NCBI GenBank assembly: GCA_023898605.1
Contig: CP060230.1
Span: 530,444 to 594,443 of the forward strand
Length of the DNA stretch: 64,000 bases
Direction of reading: 5' to 3'
Origin: Candidatus Nomurabacteria bacterium
Lineage (GTDB): Bacteria; Patescibacteriota; Minisyncoccia; Phycocordibacterales; UBA9973
The notes beneath the pieces were generated by a model. That model worked only from the letters and a program-made list of their open reading frames with translations, had not been told where the DNA came from and made no database searches. Position numbers and translations under genes: made by a program. Positions 56,970 to 64,000 of the stretch are shown in pieces. Numbering within the stretch: position 1 is the stretch's first letter; each line of letters opens with the position of its first letter.

Positions 56970-57389
56970 ATGCCGACAATAAATCAGCTAATAAAAAAGA
57001 ACAGAAAATCAAAGACTAAGAAGTCAAAATCTCCTACACTAAGTAGGGGTTTTAACCACATCAAAAACAAGCCAGTTTTCTACCCAGCACCATTCAAAAG
57101 AGGTGTTTGTTCAAAAGTTACAACAACTACTCCTAAAAAGCCTAACTCAGCGCTTCGAAAAATCGCCAGAGTAAGACTAACAAATGGACAAGAAGTTACA
57201 GCTTATATTCCAGGAGAAGGACACAACCTACAAGAACACTCAGTTGTTGCTATAAGAGGAGGTAGAGTAAAAGACCTTATCGGTGTGAGATATCACGTAG
57301 TTAGAGGTGTATTTGACACAACAGGTATAGAAAAGAGAAGAAAAGGAAGAAGCCGATACGGTGCTAAAAGACCTAAGAAAGACAAATAA
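56970..57389 (+). CDS. rpsL: 30S ribosomal protein S12
   Basis: PTINQLIKK...KSPAL...[10 protein letters not shown]. The start is at ATG 56970. Confidence 0.9.
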   Translation: MPTINQLIKKNRKSKTKKSKSPTLSRGFNHIKNKPVFYPAPFKRGVCSKVTTTTPKKPNSALRKIARVRLTNGQEVTAYIPGEGHNLQEHSVVAIRGGRVKDLIGVRYHVVRGVFDTTGIEKRRKGRSRYGAKRPKKDK

Positions 57390-57402
57390 TATTTAGATAG
57401 AT

Positions 57403-57873
57403 ATGAGAAGAAAAGTTACAAATAGAAACAAGCCAAGACCAGACGCAGTTTATGCTTCAGAAAAACTTTCTAAGCTTATAAACAGTGTTATGTGGGACGG
57501 TAAGAAATCTCTTGCAGAAGGAATAGTTTATCGTGCGCTTGATATCATAAAAGAAAAAACTGGTAATCCAAACCCTATCGAAGTGTTTGATCTAGCTCTA
57601 AAGAACGCTGGACCGCTTACTCAAGTTAGATCTAGAAGAGTCGGAGGTGCTAACTATCAGGTTCCTGTAGAGGTTAGACCAGAAGCAAGACAAGCTTTTG
57701 CTATAAGATGGATACTAGAAGGAGCAAGAAGCAAAAAAGGTATGCCTATGGAACAAAAGCTAGCTGAAGAAATCTTGCAAGCTTCAAACAACGAAGGATT
57801 TGCTGTAAAGAAGAAAGAAGATACTCACAGAATGGCAGAAGCAAACAAAGCATTTGCTCACTTCGCTTGGTAA
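57403..57873 (+). CDS. rpsG: 30S ribosomal protein S7
   Basis: A 156-aa S7 sequence followed by the terminator at 57896-57922. Confidence 0.9.
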   Translation: MRRKVTNRNKPRPDAVYASEKLSKLINSVMWDGKKSLAEGIVYRALDIIKEKTGNPNPIEVFDLALKNAGPLTQVRSRRVGGANYQVPVEVRPEARQAFAIRWILEGARSKKGMPMEQKLAEEILQASNNEGFAVKKKEDTHRMAEANKAFAHFAW

Positions 57874-57969
57874 TAAACTAAAAAGTCAAAAAATAAAAAC
57901 CTCCCTGTTGGGAGGTTTTTATTTGCAAAATTTTGGTGTTGGGTGTAGATTTACAAAAAAAGAACCAAA

Positions 57970-58563
57970 ATGGGAGAATTCAAAATTTATAAGAATGGGC
58001 ACCCTGTCCCTTCAGAGAGTCTCCTTATAAAAGAAATAAAGAGAGACCCGCCAGTGAGAATTGAAAAAGAGAGAAAAAGTTTGGTGCAAATCGTTGCCGA
58101 CGAAAGCCATAACCTTTCAAACTCTTTTTTAAAAGAAGCTTTTTCCCCTCCAGAAAACCCAGAGAATTTTTTGATCAAAAAGGAAGGTCTGGTCGTTATA
58201 GACCACTCTTCTTTTGGAGAGGGAGTAAATCAAATATTCTCTTTTCTAAGCAGTAATTCGGTAAAAGACGGATCTTTGGTTCTCATAACATATGGTTTAC
58301 CATCAAACATGAGAAAAAAAGATATTTTACCAATAAGGGAACTTATCTATCAAAAGGTTTCGTTTGCTGTTGTCGTAGGAGAAGACATATCTGTCGAAAG
58401 GAGATTCAATAAATTGAACTCTATTGTTCACGCCAACACTCTAGAGGAAGCCGTTTTTTTCCTCAAGAACATGGACAAGGACAAGATAGGATGGTTTCTT
58501 CCATGGAAAAGAAACGGGGATTTTGAAAGCATTTTTCTCAAGGATGCACTACGCGCGGTTTAA
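57970..58563 (+). CDS. Hypothetical protein inserted between rpsG and fusA
   Basis: 197-aa ORF of unrecognised family. It has its own upstream terminator and a downstream hairpin (CGCGCGGTTTAAACCGCGC). Confidence 0.45.
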   Translation: MGEFKIYKNGHPVPSESLLIKEIKRDPPVRIEKERKSLVQIVADESHNLSNSFLKEAFSPPENPENFLIKKEGLVVIDHSSFGEGVNQIFSFLSSNSVKDGSLVLITYGLPSNMRKKDILPIRELIYQKVSFAVVVGEDISVERRFNKLNSIVHANTLEEAVFFLKNMDKDKIGWFLPWKRNGDFESIFLKDALRAV

Positions 58564-58655
58564 ACCGCGCTTTTTATTTGCCAAAACTAACTTTTTGGCG
58601 TAATATAGCCTTGACTTAGGAAAGGGTCATTTTTTATTTAGTAGGTTTTTATTCA

Positions 58656-58785
58656 CGGATCCCGTACGAAATAGCGGACGCGATCATGCAAATAAAAATC
58701 AAGGTCAATTTATTATTTTAATTGGAAATTAGGATAAAACCCGCACTATAGGTAAGGGTCCGCGTCCTATTTCGTAACGGGATGG
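58656..58785 (+). promoter_or_regulatory. Long-range inverted repeat (~23-bp arms, ~75-bp spacer) in the fusA leader; the right arm covers the fusA start codon
   Basis: TCCCGTACGAAATAGCGGACGCG (58660-58682) pairs with CGCGTCCTATTTCGTAACGGGA (58761-58782) with two single-nt bulges. The ATG is at 58782. Confidence 0.45.
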
Positions 58786-60938
58786 AAAGAGATTATCCAC
58801 TAGAAAAAGTAAGGAACTTTGGGATTATTGCCCACATCGACGCCGGAAAAACTACTACTTCCGAGCGTGTTTTGTACTACACCGGTGTTTCTCACAAGAT
58901 TGGTGAGGTTCACGAAGGTGAAGCTACAATGGACTGGATGGAACAAGAAAGAGAGAGAGGTATTACTATTACCTCTGCTGCTACTACTTGTTTCTGGACA
59001 CCTACATACGTAGGCGACAAAGAAGACAAAAAAAGCAAATTTAGGTTCAACATAATCGACACACCTGGACACATCGACTTCACAGTTGAGGTGAAAAGAT
59101 CTATGAGAGTTTTGGACGGAGCAGTTGTTGTGTTTGACGGTGTTGCTGGTGTAGAGCCACAATCAGAAACAAACTGGAGATATGCCGACGAAGCCAACGT
59201 GCCAAGAGTTTGTTTTATAAACAAATTAGACAGAACAGGTGCTTCTTTTGAGAAGTCATATCAATCTATTATAGATAGACTTTCAAAGAGTGCAGTTAGA
59301 ATGCAGCTTCCTATCGGACTAGAAGATCAGCACGAAGGTGCAGTAGATCTTCTTACAAGAAAAAGCTACAGATTCTCAGGAAAAATGGGAGACGAAATCA
59401 TAGAAGGTGATGTCCCAGAAAACATGAAAGAAGAAGTTGAGAAATACCGAAATGAACTTGTAGAGTCTATCGTTTCAAACGATGAGACTATGATGAACGA
59501 CTATCTAGAAGGCAAAGAGCCAGAACTAGCTGTTCTAAAAGCAACACTTAGAAAGGCAGTTATCGCAAACAAGATCTTTCCTGTTTATTGCGGTAGTGCC
59601 CTAAAGAACAAAGGTGTTCAACTAGTTCTAGACGCAGTTGTTGACTTTCTTCCTTCTCCTCTAGATGTTCCTCCTGTAAAAGGAATTGATCCTGAAACAG
59701 AAGAGGTAGTAGAGAGAAAGACAGAAGACGGAGAACCTCTTTCTGCACTTGCTTTCAAAGTTGCTACAGATCCATTTGTAGGACAACTTATATTCTTCAG
59801 AGTTTACTCTGGAACCCTTTCCGCTGGTAGCTATGTCTACAACCCTAGAACTGGTTCAAAAGAAAGAATCGGTAGAATCTTGCGTATGCACGCAAACCAA
59901 AGAGAAGAAGTAAAGAAAGTTTACGCTGGAGAAATCGCAGCAGCTGTTGGACTAAAAGATACTATTACATCTGACACACTCTGTGACGAAGAACACCCAA
60001 TCGAACTAGATAGAATCGTGTTCCCAGAACCAGTTATCTCTCTTAGAATCGAACCAAAGACAAAATCTGATCAAGAGAAACTCGGTATGTCACTTTCTAG
60101 ACTTGCTCAAGAAGACCCAACATTTAGAGTTTCAACTGACTCTGAAACAAACGAAACAATCATCGCTGGTATGGGAGAACTTCACCTAGACATAATCGTA
60201 GACAGACTAAAGAGAGAGTTCTCAGTAGAAACAGTTGTCGGTAAACCTCAAGTTGCTTATAGAGAAACAATTACAGGTGACGCTGATGTAGAAGGAAAAT
60301 ACATCAAACAATCTGGAGGTAGAGGTAACTACGGTCACGTAAAGATCAAAGTAAAACCACTAGATCAGAAGATGACAAAGGAAGATATAGAAAAACTACC
60401 GAAGAACGTAAAGAGAGAAGACCACTTCGAATTCATCAACAACATCAAGGGAGGTGTTATTCCACAAGAATACATTCCTGCTTGTGAAAAAGGATTTAGA
60501 GAAGGTCTAGACAGAGGAATACTTGCAGGATTCAAGATGGTAGATGTTTCTGTTGATCTATATGACGGTAGTTATCACGAAGTTGACTCAAACGAAATGG
60601 CGTTCAAGATCGCTGCTTCTATGGCTATTCAAGAAGCTTGTCAAAAAGCTAGACCAGTTATCCTAGAGCCTATGATGAAGGTAGAAGTTGTAACTCCTGA
60701 CCAGTTCATGGGAGACGTTTCTGGAAACCTTTCTTCTAAGCGTGGTCTTATCGAAGGTATGGAAGATAGAGGTATGAACAAAGTTGTAAAAGCTGTTGTT
60801 CCTCTTTCTGAAATGTTCGGATTCATGACAACACTTAGATCTATGACTGAAGGTAGAGCATCATTCAACATGGAATTCCTAAGATATGATATTGTTCCAC
60901 AAAACGTTGCGGATGAAATAATCAAATCACGTAAATAA
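58782..60938 (+). CDS. fusA: Elongation factor G
   Basis: G domain [10 protein letters not shown] and DTPGHIDF. 718 aa. Confidence 0.9.
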   Translation: MERDYPLEKVRNFGIIAHIDAGKTTTSERVLYYTGVSHKIGEVHEGEATMDWMEQERERGITITSAATTCFWTPTYVGDKEDKKSKFRFNIIDTPGHIDFTVEVKRSMRVLDGAVVVFDGVAGVEPQSETNWRYADEANVPRVCFINKLDRTGASFEKSYQSIIDRLSKSAVRMQLPIGLEDQHEGAVDLLTRKSYRFSGKMGDEIIEGDVPENMKEEVEKYRNELVESIVSNDETMMNDYLEGKEPELAVLKATLRKAVIANKIFPVYCGSALKNKGVQLVLDAVVDFLPSPLDVPPVKGIDPETEEVVERKTEDGEPLSALAFKVATDPFVGQLIFFRVYSGTLSAGSYVYNPRTGSKERIGRILRMHANQREEVKKVYAGEIAAAVGLKDTITSDTLCDEEHPIELDRIVFPEPVISLRIEPKTKSDQEKLGMSLSRLAQEDPTFRVSTDSETNETIIAGMGELHLDIIVDRLKREFSVETVVGKPQVAYRETITGDADVEGKYIKQSGGRGNYGHVKIKVKPLDQKMTKEDIEKLPKNVKREDHFEFINNIKGGVIPQEYIPACEKGFREGLDRGILAGFKMVDVSVDLYDGSYHEVDSNEMAFKIAASMAIQEACQKARPVILEPMMKVEVVTPDQFMGDVSGNLSSKRGLIEGMEDRGMNKVVKAVVPLSEMFGFMTTLRSMTEGRASFNMEFLRYDIVPQNVADEIIKSRK

Positions 60939-61041
60939 TTGAAATTAGAAAAGGCTAGATAATCAATTCTCGCCCCGTACAAAGAACCGCATGAATTCAT
61001 GCGGTTCTTTTGTTCTGGGGTTCCACAAAACGTTGCGGATG
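60894..61041 (+). mobile_element. GC-hairpin element copy C with 22-bp direct duplication of the fusA 3' end
   Basis: GTTCCACAAAACGTTGCGGATG occurs at 60894-60915 and 61020-61041. The 104-bp insert carries TTCTCGCCCCGTAC (60967-60980), a perfect inner hairpin (60981-61010) and TGTTCTGGGG. The insert also supplies the current fusA stop. Confidence 0.55.
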
Positions 61042-61097
61042 CCTGTTCGCCTTGGGTGGGAAATCATAAAATCTAGAAAATAATATAAAAATAAATC

Positions 61098-61126
61098 AAA
61101 AAAACCGCGCCTTGCGGTTTTTTTGA
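61098..61126. terminator. Bidirectional terminator (AACCGCGCCTTGCGGTT + T-run)
   Basis: A-run, hairpin, then T-run. Confidence 0.55.
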
Positions 61127-61163
61127 TTTGGTGTAATCTTTTGTTTAAATAAAAAGTACAATT

Positions 61164-61595
61164 TTGTCAAAAAGAAAAAAGCATCCGAATAAAAAAGAAT
61201 TGGACAAAATTCTTATTGACCTTATAACGTGGCCCACAAAGCCATCTGCTAGGTTACTGGAACATCTTCGTTTTGTATTGATTACTGGAAATGTTTTTGA
61301 TCTCCCTTTTCATACACAAGGATCTGGCGCCTCTGTTGATATAGAAAGACAACACCTTATCCTTGTTTTTAGGGATCTTGTAGAAGGTACCAGTACAAAA
61401 TTTGAGGGTAATCAGGAGTATTTGAAGTATGTGCGCTTGTATATGCGCACAAAAGACAAATATCTTCTAAGTTATTACGAGGAAATATTGAAGTTCCTTA
61501 TTTGCATTGGGGCTGATAGAAATAAGTATTGTAACAAAAGGGTTATAAGTAAAATAAACATTTCCATTAAAAACATCGAAGAAAATGTTTTGTAA
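61164..61595 (+). CDS. Hypothetical protein
   Basis: 143-aa ORF followed by a hairpin terminator (AGCTACCCAGGGGTAGCT + T-run). Confidence 0.4.
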   Translation: MSKRKKHPNKKELDKILIDLITWPTKPSARLLEHLRFVLITGNVFDLPFHTQGSGASVDIERQHLILVFRDLVEGTSTKFEGNQEYLKYVRLYMRTKDKYLLSYYEEILKFLICIGADRNKYCNKRVISKINISIKNIEENVL

Positions 61596-61657
61596 AGCTA
61601 CCCAGGGGTAGCTTTTTTATTTGTGCAATTTTGTTTTTAGTGTAGTATGATTTCAAA

Positions 61658-62359
61658 ATGAACAAAGACATGAAAACAGCTATAGTAGTCGGTGCGACTG
61701 GCGAGATCGGCGGAGCTATAGCTTCGCTCCTTGTAGAAAAAGACTTCCATGTGATTTGCTTTGGCCGAGACAAGACAAAACTCTCAAGTCTAAAGAAAGA
61801 TCTAGGAGAAAACGTCTCAACTTTCTCAGTTGATCTTCGTGACACTGAAAATTTGGAAATGATGATCTCTGACATCAAACTTCAATACAAGAAAATTGAT
61901 CTTGTTGTAGGAGCAGCAGGTTTCTTTGAGTGGGACAACGAGTCCCCGAGTTTGCTCTCTGCGATATCAAAGATTTCCGAAGCTAACTTCGACTCAAAGG
62001 CGAGGTTTTACGACTCTTTCAAAGAAGTTTTCAAACCAAAAGGGGTGGTTTTCAAATTTGTCGGATCTCACATTGCCGACGAAAAACTTTTTTCTGACTC
62101 TGATATCGAAAAGTTCGGTGAAGTAGCTTATGCTTACGCTATGAAAAACCTACGCAAGTGGGTTGCCCAAAAAAAGAGAGAAGATATCGACAATACCATT
62201 TTGATATCTGAACCAGGGTTGATAGATACAGCTATGGCCAGAAGAAAGTTCACCAAAGAAAGACTCGGTTATGAACCTGATTGGCAGAGAGAATCTCTAA
62301 AACCGGAAGATTATGCAAATATCTTCTGGAAAGAAGATCTCGAAGAAATTTTCCAATAA
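61658..62359 (+). CDS. Short-chain dehydrogenase/reductase-like NAD(P)-binding protein
   Basis: N-terminal VVGATGEIGGAIA Rossmann motif. 233 aa. Confidence 0.55.
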   Translation: MNKDMKTAIVVGATGEIGGAIASLLVEKDFHVICFGRDKTKLSSLKKDLGENVSTFSVDLRDTENLEMMISDIKLQYKKIDLVVGAAGFFEWDNESPSLLSAISKISEANFDSKARFYDSFKEVFKPKGVVFKFVGSHIADEKLFSDSDIEKFGEVAYAYAMKNLRKWVAQKKREDIDNTILISEPGLIDTAMARRKFTKERLGYEPDWQRESLKPEDYANIFWKEDLEEIFQ

Positions 62360-62411
62360 ACCGGTTAGCTCCCGGTTTTTTCTTTTTTGAGCATTTTTAG
62401 GCTTTTTCCTC

Positions 62412-62440
62412 TTGACTTATCGACTCTATTTCGCTAATAT
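62412..62440 (+). promoter_or_regulatory. Sigma70 promoter for tuf (TTGACT-17-TAATAT) followed by a structured ~145-nt leader
   Basis: -35 at 62412-62417 and -10 at 62435-62440. The leader contains CGTATTCCGCGA...TCGCGAAATACG and CGCGAATTACGCG hairpins. Confidence 0.45.
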
Positions 62441-62585
62441 GTTCTAGCGCGAATTACGCGTTTTTTTACTAGTCGTATATTACTAATCAATTAACTAAAT
62501 CGTTCTTTTCGTCGTCGTATTCCGCGAGTACTGAGTTCTCGTATGTTCGCGAAATACGTAGACGTTATAAGACTAAAATAAATTT

Positions 62586-63779
62586 ATGGCAGATTTTGAC
62601 AGATCAAAACCTCACGTAAACGTAGGTACAATTGGTCACGTTGACCACGGTAAGACAACTCTTACTGCGGCTATTTTGCACGTTCTATCTAGAGCAGGTG
62701 GAGAATACGGTGCAGCTATTAAAGGTGTCGATCAAATCGACAAGGCGCCAGAAGAAAAAGCGAGAGGAATAACAATTTCTCTTTCTCACAACGAATACTG
62801 GACACCAACAAGACACTACGCTCACATTGACGCGCCAGGTCACGCTGACTACATCAAGAACATGATTACAGGTGCAGCTCAGATGGACGGTGCTGTTATC
62901 GTAGTTGCAGCAACAGACGGTGTTATGCCACAAACAAGAGAACACATCCTTCTTGCAAAACAAGTTGGTGTGCCTAAGATAATCGTTTTCCTAAACAAGT
63001 GTGACATGGTAGATGACAAAGATCTTCTAGACCTTGTTGAAGAAGAGGTAAGAGAGCTTCTAGAGAAGCAAGGATTCGACAAAGACTGTCCTGTTATAAG
63101 AGGATCAGGTCTTAAGGCTCTTGAATCAGCTTCAAACGATGACGAATGGGCTAAGAAAGTTATGGAACTTATCGAAGCTCTAGATACTTACATTCCACTT
63201 CCAGAAAGAGAAGTAGACAAACCATTCCTTATGCCTATCGAAGACATATTCTCTATCGAAGGTAGAGGTACTGTTGTTACAGGTAGAATCGAAAGAGGTA
63301 AGGTTGTAGTTGGAGAAGAAGTAGAAATCGTTGGTATCAAAGAAACATCAAAGACTACAGTTACTGGAGTTGAAATGTTCAACAAGCAACTAAAAGAAGG
63401 TCTTGCTGGAGACAACGCAGGTATCCTTATAAGAGGTATCAAGAAAGACGACATAACAAGAGGACAAGTTCTTGCAAAGCCAAGTTCTGTAAATCCTCAC
63501 ACAGAATTTGAATGTGAAGTTTACATTCTTAAAAAAGAAGAAGGTGGACGACACACTCCATTTATGAACGGTTACAAGCCTCAGTTCTACGTAAGAACTA
63601 CAGACGTTACAGGAGAAGTTACTCTTCCAGAAGGAACAGAAATGGTTATGCCTGGTGACACTGTAAAACTAAAAGCAAAACTAGTTGTACCAGTTGCTCT
63701 AGAAGAACAACAAAGATTTGCGATAAGAGAAGGTGGAAAGACTGTTGGTGCCGGTGTTGTTACAAAGGTCATCGCCTAA
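62586..63779 (+). CDS. tuf: Elongation factor Tu
   Basis: [18 protein letters not shown] and NKCD. 397 aa. Confidence 0.95.
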   Translation: MADFDRSKPHVNVGTIGHVDHGKTTLTAAILHVLSRAGGEYGAAIKGVDQIDKAPEEKARGITISLSHNEYWTPTRHYAHIDAPGHADYIKNMITGAAQMDGAVIVVAATDGVMPQTREHILLAKQVGVPKIIVFLNKCDMVDDKDLLDLVEEEVRELLEKQGFDKDCPVIRGSGLKALESASNDDEWAKKVMELIEALDTYIPLPEREVDKPFLMPIEDIFSIEGRGTVVTGRIERGKVVVGEEVEIVGIKETSKTTVTGVEMFNKQLKEGLAGDNAGILIRGIKKDDITRGQVLAKPSSVNPHTEFECEVYILKKEEGGRHTPFMNGYKPQFYVRTTDVTGEVTLPEGTEMVMPGDTVKLKAKLVVPVALEEQQRFAIREGGKTVGAGVVTKVIA

Positions 63780-63815
63780 CACTAACCTAATCATTATCAA
63801 ATTATTTAGCTCTTT

Positions 63816-64000
63816 ATGACTGAAAGCACGACAAAAACAAAAAAAACTAAAGCATCGAAATCCGAAGCTGTTTCTAAGCTTAGGATACAGGTTCGTGCCT
63901 ATGAAAATAAGGTACTAGATGTTTCTGTAAAGCAAATCATAGATACAGCTCGTAGATATGATGCTACTGTTAGAGGACCAGTTCCACTACCTACAGAAAT
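63816..64000 (+). CDS. rpsJ: 30S ribosomal protein S10 (3' end beyond the window)
   Basis: RIQVRAYENKVLDVSVKQIIDTARRYDATVRGPVPLPT. Its position directly after tuf fits S10. Confidence 0.8.
   Translation, partial: MTESTTKTKKTKASKSEAVSKLRIQVRAYENKVLDVSVKQIIDTARRYDATVRGPVPLPTE

Overview
Low-GC (roughly 33-36%) bacterial chromosomal segment with dense coding and small proteins. A fragmented str operon, tandem type IV pilus genes with giant pseudopilins, RNase Y, a PaaX-like regulator and many small secreted hypotheticals suggest a reduced-genome, possibly Patescibacteria/CPR-like, lineage. That lineage call is inference from gene content only. Standard genetic code: EF-Tu, EF-G and NusA are intact with TGA as stop.

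Features called from the translations: ExoIII (xth), CCA-adding enzyme, four tRNAs (Gly-GCC, Arg-TCG, Pro-TGG, Gly-TCC), a YraN-like nuclease, MscL, a CorC-like CBS protein, HU, a GIY-YIG protein, RNase Y, ClpP, trigger factor, inorganic pyrophosphatase, NusA, a pilB-pilC-pseudopilin operon, TIM, PGK, a HIT protein, RecJ, RNase HI, a ComEC membrane domain, MgtE, an XRE regulator, a thioredoxin, a CcdA-redoxin fusion, SodA, a ComEC-type MBL hydrolase, an ECF sigma factor, L28, an M50 protease, S12, S7, EF-G, an SDR, EF-Tu and the start of S10.

Findings worth a second look:
- A small family of ~95-105 bp insertions (three copies) sharing the GC-rich module TTCTCGCCCCGTA, then a variable inner hairpin, then TTGTTC(T)GGGG. 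Two copies are flanked by perfect 21-22 bp direct duplications of the gene termini they hit (the 5' end of xth and the 3' end of fusA).
- A ~450-nt promoter-to-terminator non-coding locus on the minus strand at 330-790, with RNase-P-like motifs.
- A 49-bp att-like duplication of the tRNA-Pro 3' end.
- A family of ACACG/CGTGT palindromes flanking a PaaX-like regulator and upstream of yraN.
- A 23-bp-arm inverted repeat that would sequester the fusA start codon.
- A higher-GC gene with a Bacteroidetes-type T9SS C-terminal sorting domain.
- A phage tail-fibre-like protein with an S74 intramolecular-chaperone domain.
- Two large surface proteins sharing a G(Y/W)AWSxN(I/Y)GWI(S/N)F repeat.
- Triplicated and duplicated secreted paralog arrays.
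- A 48-aa Cys-rich ORF that the ORF track missed.
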